NCBI GenBank assembly: GCA_963824385.1
Contig: CAWGPD010000002.1
Location: 32,001-96,000, forward strand
DNA length: 64,000 nucleotides
Reading direction: 5' to 3'
DNA from: an uncultured Nitrososphaerota archaeon
GTDB lineage: Archaea > Thermoproteota > Nitrososphaeria > Nitrososphaerales > Nitrosopumilaceae
The notes under the pieces are model-generated. The model had not been told where the DNA came from. It searched no databases and saw nothing but the letters and a program-made list of their open reading frames with translations. This document shows positions 42,749 to 53,390 of the stretch, one piece after another (within the stretch, counting starts at the first letter, position 1; each line of letters opens with the position of its first letter). The translations under genes were made by a program, and so were the position numbers.

Positions 42749-44845
42749 TTATGCAAGTATGTAAGGCGATTTGCATACTGAACATTTTTCGGCGATCTTT
42801 TCCTCTTTGAGACCACAGTTACTACATATGGGTACTTTTCTAATTGGTCTGAAAGATCCTAATAGATCACCTGCTTTTTCAATTGCTTTCTTAATTCCTG
42901 AAGAATCCATTGCGTCTGGGATCTTTAATTGAACTAGTAGTCCGCCGTTGAGTATCTTTGAGAAATAGTTTGATTCTACAATCTTTTCATTCTTAGGATT
43001 CATCTCTGTTATCTCAGAGGCATCAAGTACAATTCCTTCAGAATAGGACTCGCCCATGACATGTTGATTAATTGATGTCTTGCCATATTTTTCACCGTCA
43101 AGCGAGGAGAAACGGCTCGCTGCATCACTCTCAGTCATAGTTACGATAACATTATCTCCCATTTCCTTTCCTTTCTTTGTGGCTACTTCCATAGCAGTGT
43201 TTATCACTTTAGCCAGGATTTCGTGTCCAGCCTTGTTGTTTTCAAATCCTAAAATACCATAAACTGCCTCTTTGAGTCCTATTAGATTAACAACTAGAGT
43301 TACTGATCCCTTTTGCATATACTGAGTATTGTTTGCAAGAATTGGATTAAGACCACGTCTTGTTAGATCAGATATTTCCTTCTTTCTCAAAGACATGGCT
43401 GCAAGTGCTGGTTTCATCAATAGTGCAAGTCTTGCTCTGAAATAGGTTTCATCTTTGTTAGATTCAAAAGCCAATCTTGGCATATTGATTGATAGAGATT
43501 CTAAATTAATAGAGGTTGTTCCAACGTTCTTTGTATCTATTCGTGCCAAGCCTTTGTTAGATACCAAGCCTTTAGCAAACATAATGTGTCCTCCTAATGC
43601 AATTATATCTGCCAAAATTTCTGAATAATCACTTATCTTGGCTTTTTCATAATCAACTATCAATCCTATTGAAGGAATTGGTGTTGACTTTACATATTTT
43701 TTGTAGGCTTGAAGAATAGTATTAACTAATTTTGGTTCTGTTCCAATAGAAATTCTAAATGAAGTAAGTGTTCCATTCTTTCCGTATTTAGATCCTGTAG
43801 ATATTTTTGCAAAGCAGCTTGCAAGTTTTTCTTCAATTTCAGGTAAATTCTTGGAATATTTTTGTAATACAGCAACTAATCCGTCCATTATTACTTCTTG
43901 TGATGCTTCTTTTATGAGAAGACTTGTCAATAGAGACAGAGATGTGAAGAGATCATCTAGTGAATTTGGTGGTGATGTTCTTGTAACACCCAAGAATTTT
44001 CCTCGCAGATCAACACCATCCTCTATAAGTTCCTTAATGTTTACAAATATGGTATCTGGAAGAAGTGACCATAATCCAGCATTTGTAATATGAAGATCTC
44101 CTGAGAGATGAGAGTCAGCAACGTCCTTGGGTAATGTGTTTAAGACAAGATATTCACCAAATACTGTTTGTCCCGTTTTAAACAATAGACCCTCCACGCC
44201 ATTATGTATACCATCTACGTTGGTTAACAATTCATGAATATCATAGCCAGGTAATCCAAATCTTGCAAGTTTGTGCCTATAATCTTCGTGTCCTTGTTCC
44301 AAGAGGACAGAGTTAACCATCTCACGTATGAGTGAGGATGTAAGGTAAGATGTCTGGAATTTGTATATTCTATTCTCTACTTCCTCAGTTATCTTTTGAG
44401 CAAGTTCAAGTGGAAGGCTGCCTTCGCGAACCAGGGATTGGATAATTTTATGAGAGTTGAATTCTTCTATTGATTCATGTGAAGTTCGTACATACATTTT
44501 GCCACTTTCAATGATAGATCGCTCTTCAATCTGTCTTGCAAGACTTAGGACTAGTTTTCCCAAGTTAGTAATTGTGTATCTTCTTTCAGACTTGTTTAGA
44601 GCTACAAGAGATTGTCTTAGTAATTTTCTTAAATGATATGCAAACTTACCACTTTCCTTTTTTGATTTAAAGCCAGCTAGAGATTTTAGTTCAGAATAAG
44701 TAAGAGGTCCTTTTGAGTTTAAGATACGTAAAATATCAATTCTGTTTGGACTTGCCATAACAGAGAAAATCATTCTTACACGCTTTGATGCTGATTGTAA
44801 TATTCCACCACGTTTTGGATCTCCAAAGTCTTCACTTAGCTCCAT
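42749..44845 (-). CDS. wHTH + ATP-cone + degenerate class III RNR (NrdD-like) protein
   Basis: ArsR-like HTH (SPNRIDILRIL..LTYSEL..FAYHLRKL), ATP-cone (VRTS..IEEFNSHKI..LIREMV), SHLSGDLHI, SINMPRLA, terminal CxxC..CxxC; no RxxGY. Confidence 0.85.
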   Translation of the reverse strand: MELSEDFGDPKRGGILQSASKRVRMIFSVMASPNRIDILRILNSKGPLTYSELKSLAGFKSKKESGKFAYHLRKLLRQSLVALNKSERRYTITNLGKLVLSLARQIEERSIIESGKMYVRTSHESIEEFNSHKIIQSLVREGSLPLELAQKITEEVENRIYKFQTSYLTSSLIREMVNSVLLEQGHEDYRHKLARFGLPGYDIHELLTNVDGIHNGVEGLLFKTGQTVFGEYLVLNTLPKDVADSHLSGDLHITNAGLWSLLPDTIFVNIKELIEDGVDLRGKFLGVTRTSPPNSLDDLFTSLSLLTSLLIKEASQEVIMDGLVAVLQKYSKNLPEIEEKLASCFAKISTGSKYGKNGTLTSFRISIGTEPKLVNTILQAYKKYVKSTPIPSIGLIVDYEKAKISDYSEILADIIALGGHIMFAKGLVSNKGLARIDTKNVGTTSINLESLSINMPRLAFESNKDETYFRARLALLMKPALAAMSLRKKEISDLTRRGLNPILANNTQYMQKGSVTLVVNLIGLKEAVYGILGFENNKAGHEILAKVINTAMEVATKKGKEMGDNVIVTMTESDAASRFSSLDGEKYGKTSINQHVMGESYSEGIVLDASEITEMNPKNEKIVESNYFSKILNGGLLVQLKIPDAMDSSGIKKAIEKAGDLLGSFRPIRKVPICSNCGLKEEKIAEKCSVCKSPYILA

Positions 44846-44913
44846 GAAATTACCTAATTGGCATCGGTAATTAAGATTTTTGACTGATTTGATCTCTACG
44901 GAAGCTTTTTAGA

Positions 44914-45075
44914 TCAGTTTTTCTGTACGTCTACACTAAATTCAGATGGAGATAGACTCTGCCCACATGAGGGACATTTACTGTTATACGGTCTCATCAC
45001 ATCTTTTATTGATTTTAGCATACGCATATTTGCAATTTTAGCTCCACATTTTCCACAAACAACATCTACAGACAT
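44914..45075 (-). CDS. Small Zn-finger protein (53 aa), absent from ORF track
   Basis: MSVDVVCGKCGAKIANMRMLKSIKDVMRPYNSKCPSCGQSLSPSEFSVDVQKN; TTTATAA about 25 nt upstream. Confidence 0.75.
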   Translation of the reverse strand: MSVDVVCGKCGAKIANMRMLKSIKDVMRPYNSKCPSCGQSLSPSEFSVDVQKN

Positions 45076-45147
45076 TTCAAGTTATGTCAGATCAAATATT
45101 ATAAAAGAGATTTTTTGAATTTTTTTAATCAGTTTAATAAATTTAGT

Positions 45148-45513
45148 TTATTGTTTCTCGATTATGATTCCACGTTGATCGTAACCGGTTATTTTTACTC
45201 TTGTTCCAAGAGGAAGATCCGCGGGGGAATTTATGCCTGCCATAAAACCTGAGATCCTCAATTCAGACTCGTCTAATTTCATAACTACCCATGCATATGG
45301 AACATATTCTTCGTATCCTTCAGGTGCTACAGTGATTATTGTATAGGTTACAATGTAGCCTTTACCATCAATTACAGTATTCTCAAATCCTTTGTTTCCA
45401 CAATTTTGACAATAATAAGTCGTTACTAGATGAAGATGACCACATTTAGTACATTTTCTAGTGAGAACTTTTCCCAGTTTTGCATTGTTGGCGAATTCTT
45501 CTTTTGTGAGCAA
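45148..45513 (-). CDS. DUF35 Zn-ribbon/OB-fold protein (thiolase partner)
   Basis: CTKCG..YCQNCG, TYTII, PYAW; directly downstream of thiolase. Confidence 0.88.
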   Translation of the reverse strand: MLTKEEFANNAKLGKVLTRKCTKCGHLHLVTTYYCQNCGNKGFENTVIDGKGYIVTYTIITVAPEGYEEYVPYAWVVMKLDESELRISGFMAGINSPADLPLGTRVKITGYDQRGIIIEKQ

Positions 45514-45514
45514 T

Positions 45515-46669
<1,155 letters not shown>

Positions 46670-46732
46670 AAATCTCGCTGACTAGATTCCATATAAAAAT
46701 TCTTCAGTAGTTTCTTTAATTCGATAACCAGT

Positions 46733-47200
46733 ATGATATCATCATTGAATGACATTACTCAGATGACAGTAGTCAAAAAACGATCAGATTCAAGAAATTC
46801 TGTTAAAATTTCAAAGAAAAAGGTCGGCAGGATTCAGAGTGAGGTAAGACAATACTATGACAAGAATGGATATCTTTCATGGTCAGAGAAGAAGAGAAAA
46901 TATGTCATTCTAGGGACAAATACTCCTGTTAATGGTCTTGTGGAATGTCCAGATTGTCATGTAGGAAAACTTCTCATCATCAGATCTCGCAAGACAAAGA
47001 AGCGATTCATTGGTTGTTCAAATTATTATAATGGTTGTAGGGCATCTGCTCCATTAGTACAAAGGGGAATGATTTGTGCAACAAAGATGCCTTGTAAAAT
47101 TTGTCTTTGGCCAATTATTTTATTGCGATATTCCAGAAAACAAAAATGGGTAAGACAGTGCTCTAATATGCGATGTGAAAGTAGAATTTCTAAATCTTGA
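46733..47200 (+). CDS. Stand-alone topoisomerase-type C4 Zn-finger protein
   Basis: CPDC...RFIGCSNYYNGC, CKIC...CSNMRC. Confidence 0.75.
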   Translation: MISSLNDITQMTVVKKRSDSRNSVKISKKKVGRIQSEVRQYYDKNGYLSWSEKKRKYVILGTNTPVNGLVECPDCHVGKLLIIRSRKTKKRFIGCSNYYNGCRASAPLVQRGMICATKMPCKICLWPIILLRYSRKQKWVRQCSNMRCESRISKS

Positions 47201-47999
47201 GATCTTTGTAAATATCAGTACGTCTATTGCGTAATAGTGGAAGTCTTTGTCTTACTTGCTTGACTTGATCTAATGAAATATCAACAATTCCTATTCCTTC
47301 TCTTTTTTTCATATCAAGTAGTATCTTTCCGTAAGGATCAACTACAATACTTCTTCCACAGTAAATGTTTCCCACCTGATCTGGAGAAATTACATAGCAA
47401 CCATTCTCAATTGCTCTTGTCTTGTTTATAGTCAACCAATGTTCTTCTTTCATTTTTCCTTTAACCCATGCAGAAGGTACTACTAGAACTTCAGAACCTG
47501 ACGAAGCCAAGATTCTAGACATTTCAGGAAATCTAAGATCATAGCAAATCATCATACCCATTTTACCTACACTAGTTTTTACTGGTTTTGCAATTGAGGA
47601 ACCAGGATAAAGTTTTACGGATTCTTTAAAGCCAAGTGCATCATAGAGGTGAATTTTTCTATATGTTGAAATCACTTTTCCGTTTTTATCTACAAGAAAT
47701 GATGTGTCATATACTTTATTTGGTTTTGGACTTTTTTCATATAGAGTACCAACAACTTGAATTGAGTTTTGTTTTGCTACTTTAGATATGGATAAGACAA
47801 ACTCACCGTCAATCTTTTCAGCAATACTTGCAAGCTCCAAAGGAGATTGGGAAGGTGGAGTATAACACATCATAAATTCAGGAAATGTGCACAGAACTGC
47901 ACCTTTGTGTGCTGCTTGTGAAATATATTTTAGAATTTTTTTTAAATTATCTTTCTTGTCTGCTTCAGCTCGCATTTGAACTACAGCTATCTTTGCCAC
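47190..47999 (-). CDS. Carbon-nitrogen hydrolase (nitrilase/Nit family)
   Basis: FPE, YRKIHLYD, ICYDLRFPE, RAIEN. Confidence 0.92.
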   Translation of the reverse strand: MAKIAVVQMRAEADKKDNLKKILKYISQAAHKGAVLCTFPEFMMCYTPPSQSPLELASIAEKIDGEFVLSISKVAKQNSIQVVGTLYEKSPKPNKVYDTSFLVDKNGKVISTYRKIHLYDALGFKESVKLYPGSSIAKPVKTSVGKMGMMICYDLRFPEMSRILASSGSEVLVVPSAWVKGKMKEEHWLTINKTRAIENGCYVISPDQVGNIYCGRSIVVDPYGKILLDMKKREGIGIVDISLDQVKQVRQRLPLLRNRRTDIYKDLKI

Positions 48000-48034
48000 A
48001 AGCTTGTTTGATTAGTATTAAAATAAAAATGTGT

Positions 48035-48211
48035 TTAGAGGGGATTTCCTGCCATATACCAGTTTTCTTTTGGATTATCTTCAAAAATCACAATCACGTG
48101 ATTCTCTTTTGTTTTTAGAATCTCCACTGCTGATTTTGTAATGGCTTTTGCAAATTCCTCTTTTTGTTGAACAGTTCTGCCTGGATACATTGACACTGTT
48201 ATGATAGGCAT
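48035..48211 (-). CDS. 4-oxalocrotonate tautomerase family protein
   Basis: MPIITV (catalytic Pro1), GRTVQQK, ENWYMAG. Confidence 0.9.
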   Translation of the reverse strand: MPIITVSMYPGRTVQQKEEFAKAITKSAVEILKTKENHVIVIFEDNPKENWYMAGNPL

Positions 48212-48285
48212 GTTTTTCAAGGAATTAGTATTAGATTTATTCTTTGATACTAGAGAATTATTAGATAAATAATAAAGAAAAAAGT

Positions 48286-49878
48286 TTAGTATCTTAGAAT
48301 TCTAGTCTTTACAGTAAACACTACAACACTCAATACAGCAATTGCAAGAATTATTGATGCTACTGGACCAAATTCTGGTACGGTTGCATTATTGCTAGAT
48401 GTTACATTACTTGCTGTTACATTGGCTGGTGGTGACGTGGTTGTCATATTTGACATTTGTTGCATTGGTGCTGTTGTATTATTGACTGGTGCTACATTAG
48501 TTGGTTGGCTACCTGATTGTGCCAATACATCCTGTTCTTCTGATACAGTAGAAGGTATCACTATGTTTCCTCTAGCCATACCTATTCTAGAAGTATCTGG
48601 AAAACCATTGGTTGTAATCGATTTTACTTTAACAGTAATTTCATAGATTCCGTTACTAGGCAAGTTTACAGTTTGAGTATCAGAACCTTGTGAGGCAATA
48701 GCATCAGTCTTTGACCATAATACGCTTTGATCTTTGTCAAGTATCTGAATATCATAGTCCACATCTCCTGTTACCTGTTGTTCTGTAAATGAATCATAGA
48801 AGTTAATATTCAAGTTATTTTGTGAATTTGCAGTCAAGTCAGTAGGATTCCATCCCAGCTTTACGTGCCACCCCCCAAAGTCTGTTAACATTGAAGCAGA
48901 TGTTTGCACATTGGGGTTTTCTGGAGCTACTTTGAATTCAATATCATTTGTTCCAGGCGAGATAGTCTTTGACATGTTTACCAAATCAAGCTTGTTTAAG
49001 AACAAATGAACTATCATGTAATCACCAATTGTATACGGGTCCACAATGACTCGTCTTCCAGAAAGAGTAAATCCTTCTGCACTTGCGGCATATGATGGTG
49101 TATCTGAGAAGGCAGAAAGTGACTTTGGAACTCTTAATTCTTCATGTATGAATATTGGTCTATCTATGAATCTATTAACATCCCAATCAAATGGCATCTT
49201 CCAAGAAAATTGTTTTGTGGATTCATCAAAATTAAAATCAGATGTCTTGTCATAGTAAGAGATTAGTGTTGTATTATATGGATTATTTTGATAAGTAACA
49301 TCTTGGTTTGATACATCACCAACACTAAGATACGAATCAAATTTTGGTGGATTTGTTCCGTTAATTAGAGTATTAGCATAATCAAGAGCTAAAAGAGACA
49401 GATTAAGATGGTAAAGACCTCCCTCTGTAAGTATTGGTGCTATAACGTTTACGTCATCATCTTGTGACATCCATCCACCCAATACTGGATCTTGATCACC
49501 CTGTACTGTCCATTTACCTGGCTCACCTCCTGGTAAGAAATGTATTGTAAGAAATCCTGTGTGAGTGTAAAAAAGATCATACATTAAATTTTGATTTCCT
49601 TTTGTTGCGTTGATGTAAAATGATACATTTTGTATTGTTGTATTTGTGTTTGCGTCAAAAAATCTAAAAAATATAGACTTGTCAACTGTAGTATCAGAAG
49701 TTATAATTGGAGGACTGAGTTTGATAAATGTTGTAATCACTCTATTTCCAATGCTTGCCTGTACATTTTCCTGAGTAAATCCATCACCATATGCTTTCTG
49801 TGGATTAAACGAAGATGCAGATGAAAAAACTATCAAGCCAAAAATTAGTACTAATACAGTCTTTGCATAAAGTTGCAT
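48286..49878 (-). CDS. Large PEFG-CTERM surface protein
   Basis: Signal peptide ending AYG; S/T/N-rich linker; VPEFGPVASIILAIAVLSVVVF plus basic tail. Confidence 0.88.
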   Translation of the reverse strand: MQLYAKTVLVLIFGLIVFSSASSFNPQKAYGDGFTQENVQASIGNRVITTFIKLSPPIITSDTTVDKSIFFRFFDANTNTTIQNVSFYINATKGNQNLMYDLFYTHTGFLTIHFLPGGEPGKWTVQGDQDPVLGGWMSQDDDVNVIAPILTEGGLYHLNLSLLALDYANTLINGTNPPKFDSYLSVGDVSNQDVTYQNNPYNTTLISYYDKTSDFNFDESTKQFSWKMPFDWDVNRFIDRPIFIHEELRVPKSLSAFSDTPSYAASAEGFTLSGRRVIVDPYTIGDYMIVHLFLNKLDLVNMSKTISPGTNDIEFKVAPENPNVQTSASMLTDFGGWHVKLGWNPTDLTANSQNNLNINFYDSFTEQQVTGDVDYDIQILDKDQSVLWSKTDAIASQGSDTQTVNLPSNGIYEITVKVKSITTNGFPDTSRIGMARGNIVIPSTVSEEQDVLAQSGSQPTNVAPVNNTTAPMQQMSNMTTTSPPANVTASNVTSSNNATVPEFGPVASIILAIAVLSVVVFTVKTRILRY

Positions 49879-49969
49879 TAGTTGAAAAAGTATTCTATAA
49901 CCTATTTAATTCTTGAGTAAGATCTGCATCTAACATAAAATTATTAACAAGATACAATAGAATTATGAA

Positions 49970-51088
49970 ATGAAAAGGCTGTCAAAAATAACATATATTT
50001 TTGCAATATCGGCTTTTGTATTGGTTTTGTATCTTGTATTAAACTCTGGAATTTACCACTCTATAAATTCTGTATTTGCACAAAATTCATCTCTTACAAT
50101 AATCTCTCTTTCAAATGATAACAAGTTGATCGGGGCAGGTCAATTTGTCATATCACCCAATCCCTTTACAGGTTCAGGAAATTATACAATTGTAGATAAT
50201 GGTCCAGATGATACTGAAAAAGACAAGGATGGTATAATCACTTTGTCAGGAATAAAAAATGGAAATTATATCATAATTCAAACGAGTACAATGCAAGGAT
50301 TTAGTGTAGACCAGATTCAAAAGACAGTGCAGGTAAATAATTCATCAGGTGTTGCAACTTTTATGGATTTGCCCATCAATAATGCTGTGCAGACAAGTTC
50401 TTCAAGCAGTGTTACATATACAACCAAGTTTGAATGCGGTTCCATATACGCAGGAGAGGGACCACTAAGACCTGGTCATTATGATACTGACATTAGTTTG
50501 TATAATAAGCAAAAATTCCAGACTCAGGTTCTATGGAATTCTGTACCTACTAACGGTTCAAGTTCAAATGCCATGTTGATGAAAATGGATTCTGAAACTG
50601 CAAAGAGTATAACTTGTAAAGATATCAGAAATGCACTTGGAGATTATGATGAAAATTTCATTGAAGGGTTTACCATCATCAATGTTCCATTAGATTCAAT
50701 ATTGAATAGTGGAATGGCAACAAGTTCTGCCTCAAATGATATTAATATTTTAGATGTTCAAGCATTTTACACTGCAAATGCTTTGGATATGCTTCCACAT
50801 GAAGTGATTGTTGATAAAATTTCATTTTACATAACACAAGATCAAAGTGGAAAAATTCCAGCTAACTTGATAAATAAGACTCTTGACATATCCATGCCAT
50901 CAGGTCTAAATCAAATATCAGACACTGAAAAGAAAGTAAAAGATGCTCTTGCTAAACAATATACTCTTTCTGATGACGACTTGACAAAAATTGTTATCCA
51001 GATAAAGGATGTAGCAGTTGGAGTTGGAGTTCTAATAGATGATCATGCCATATCATTATCTACAGTAAAACCAGAACTAGGTTCTTAG
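49970..51088 (+). CDS. Secreted hypothetical protein (Ig/SpaA-like domain plus YxxKFxCG domain)
   Basis: N-terminal hydrophobic segment; DGIITLSGIKNGNY; YTTKFECG..LRPGHYDTDI. Confidence 0.7.
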   Translation: MKRLSKITYIFAISAFVLVLYLVLNSGIYHSINSVFAQNSSLTIISLSNDNKLIGAGQFVISPNPFTGSGNYTIVDNGPDDTEKDKDGIITLSGIKNGNYIIIQTSTMQGFSVDQIQKTVQVNNSSGVATFMDLPINNAVQTSSSSSVTYTTKFECGSIYAGEGPLRPGHYDTDISLYNKQKFQTQVLWNSVPTNGSSSNAMLMKMDSETAKSITCKDIRNALGDYDENFIEGFTIINVPLDSILNSGMATSSASNDINILDVQAFYTANALDMLPHEVIVDKISFYITQDQSGKIPANLINKTLDISMPSGLNQISDTEKKVKDALAKQYTLSDDDLTKIVIQIKDVAVGVGVLIDDHAISLSTVKPELGS

Positions 51089-51110
51089 AAAAATAAAAGG
51101 AAAGTTGATT

Positions 51111-51674
51111 TTAGAATCTAGGAATTACTCTAGTCTTTGCAGCAAACACTACAACGCTCAATACAGCAATTGCAAGAATTATTGATGCTACTGGACCAAA
51201 TTCTGGTACGGTTGCATTACTTGCTGGCATTGAACCACTCGTCATGTTTGACATTGGTGCTGTGGTACTCGCTGCTGCTCCACCTACGATTACTTCACCT
51301 GTCATCCATGGATGGACAGTACAAAAGTAATTGAATGTGCCTGCATTTGCAAAAGTAAATTGGTATGTACCTGCTGGTTTGATTAAATTACCGCTATCAA
51401 ACACAGTTCCGGTTGTGTTATCGGATGGTTTACCGCTTGTCACATAGTGACTTACAGTATCAGTGTTTTTCCAAGTTACTGTTGTTCCTGGTGCAACATT
51501 CAGTGGATTTGGAGAGAAGCAATTATTTGCTACAACACAGGGTGCGCTTGCACTTGCGCCTGCACCTGGTGTCATATCAATTTCATTTGCTGCTTGACCA
51601 AATGCTGGTACTACACCTAAGATAGCAACTAGAGCCAATAGACCAAATAGTGCGCCAAATGGTTTTGACTTCAT
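51111..51674 (-). CDS. Blue (type 1) copper protein with PEFG-CTERM, copy A
   Basis: SHYVTSG and YFCTVHPWM (His/Cys/His/Met ligands); VPEFG tail. Confidence 0.92.
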   Translation of the reverse strand: MKSKPFGALFGLLALVAILGVVPAFGQAANEIDMTPGAGASASAPCVVANNCFSPNPLNVAPGTTVTWKNTDTVSHYVTSGKPSDNTTGTVFDSGNLIKPAGTYQFTFANAGTFNYFCTVHPWMTGEVIVGGAAASTTAPMSNMTSGSMPASNATVPEFGPVASIILAIAVLSVVVFAAKTRVIPRF

Positions 51675-51816
51675 TATATGATGTGATCCAGAGCTACTAT
51701 AAAAATCTCTCAAGCAAGTAGGTACAACTAAGAGAACTTTATACTAGAAAATCGTTCATGATAATTTCCTAATAATATAATCTAGATAAATAAAATAAGA
51801 AAAAGGAAAGTTGATT

Positions 51817-52431
51817 TTAGAATCTAGGAATTACTCTAGTCTTTGCAGCAAACACTACAACGCTCAATACAGCAATTGCAAGAATTATTGATGCTACTGG
51901 ACCAAATTCTGGTACGGTTGCATTACTTGCTGGCATTGAACCACTCGTCATGTTTGACATTGTTGTATTAGCTGGTGCTGTATATGGTGGACCTAGTGGA
52001 ATTCCAGTTTGATTTCCTGGTGCATTTTGACCTAGTGGACCTACAATTACTTGACCTGTCATCCATGGATGGACAGTACAAAAGTAATTGAATGTGCCTG
52101 CATTTGCAAAAGTAAATTGGTATGTACCCTGTGGCTTGATCAAATTACCGCTATCAAACACAGTTCCGGTTGTGTTATCAGTTGATAGACCGCTTGTCAC
52201 ATAGTGACTTACAGTATCAGTGTTTTTCCAAGTTACTGTTGTTCCTGGTGCAACCATATCTGGGTTTGGAGAAAAGCAATTGTGTACTGCAACACAGGGT
52301 GCGCTTGCACTTGCGCCTGCACCTGGTGTCATATCAATTTCACTTGCTTCTTGACCAAATGCTGGTACTACACCTAAGATAGCAACTAGAGCCAATAGAC
52401 CAAATAGTGCGCCAAATGGTTTTGACTTCAT
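51817..52431 (-). CDS. Blue (type 1) copper protein with PEFG-CTERM, copy B
   Basis: Near-identical to copy A with the same ligands; longer Pro-rich linker. Confidence 0.92.
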   Translation of the reverse strand: MKSKPFGALFGLLALVAILGVVPAFGQEASEIDMTPGAGASASAPCVAVHNCFSPNPDMVAPGTTVTWKNTDTVSHYVTSGLSTDNTTGTVFDSGNLIKPQGTYQFTFANAGTFNYFCTVHPWMTGQVIVGPLGQNAPGNQTGIPLGPPYTAPANTTMSNMTSGSMPASNATVPEFGPVASIILAIAVLSVVVFAAKTRVIPRF

Positions 52432-52567
52432 TATATGATGTGATTCAGAGCTACTATAAAAATCTCTCAGCTAGTTCCCTGAATTGAACTTGCTTGATAC
52501 TAGAAAATTGCTTATGATAATTTCCTATAATATAAGATCGCATTTTGAAATAAAAAGAAAGTTGATT

Positions 52568-53140
52568 TTAGAATCTAGGAATTACTCTAGTCTTTGCAGC
52601 AAACACTACAACGCTCAATACAGCAATTGCAAGAATTATTGATGCTACTGGACCAAATTCTGGTATGGTTGTATTGATTAATGCAACTTGAGAAAAACTA
52701 AGTACTTCACCTTTAACACCTGTCCATGTGGATGGATCTGTTGTCGGAAGACCAACACCTAGAAGTGTCATCTGGATATTGATTTGATCAGTAGATAAAA
52801 GATTCTGAGTAACCTGAATATCCATTCCAGTATGTGTATGTGCATGGGGATTTAATAATATAGTATTATTATCTTGTATGACAGTAATTGCATAATTCTG
52901 ATGCTTTACAAAATTTCCATTACTGTCATTGAATTCAATTCCTAATACTAATGGTTGTCCACTTGTAAAAGCTGTTGTAGTTATTACAACAGTTGTACCA
53001 TCAGAAGCTTTTGCGGTATATTCCATATTAGCATTTACAATATTACCTGATGAATCAATTTGCCCAAATGCTGGTGCTACACCTGCAACAGTAATTATAG
53101 ATAATAGACCAAATAGCATACCTAATGTTTTTGGCTTCAT
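52568..53140 (-). CDS. PEFG-CTERM surface protein with His-rich motif
   Basis: Signal ending PAFG-Q; KHQNY and HAHTHTG; IPEFG tail. Confidence 0.85.
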   Translation of the reverse strand: MKPKTLGMLFGLLSIITVAGVAPAFGQIDSSGNIVNANMEYTAKASDGTTVVITTTAFTSGQPLVLGIEFNDSNGNFVKHQNYAITVIQDNNTILLNPHAHTHTGMDIQVTQNLLSTDQINIQMTLLGVGLPTTDPSTWTGVKGEVLSFSQVALINTTIPEFGPVASIILAIAVLSVVVFAAKTRVIPRF

Positions 53141-53390
53141 TGTTTTGTATGCCCTAGACTTTGATAAAAACATGATTCTATCTCAATTGTTTTAATATCA
53201 AATTATTACTCATAGAATATATCATAAAGATCAAAATTTGATTTTGTAATTAAATTTTATAACATTCAGTAGTTTTTAGTACAAATTTGTTTCTTAATCT
53301 CAATGATTTTATTCTAAAATACTTGCAGATTTTCTTTCTATCAAGTGATAAAAAAATTAAACGACATATCTTTTTTGTATTAACATCCAA

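Larger units (their letters stand above)
51095..52665. repeat. Direct repeats: identical 3' cassettes of PEFG-CTERM genes
   Basis: 51095-51256 = 51801-51962; 51100-51208 = 52557-52665; shared core also at 48329-48391. Confidence 0.92.

Noticed and set aside
42749..44845. Functional anaerobic RNR (nrdD)
   Set aside because: Lacks the glycyl-radical motif, recognisable catalytic cysteines and an adjacent activase
51095..52665. Diversity-generating retroelement TR/VR pair
   Set aside because: No reverse transcriptase; shared blocks are identical and differences are not adenine-specific
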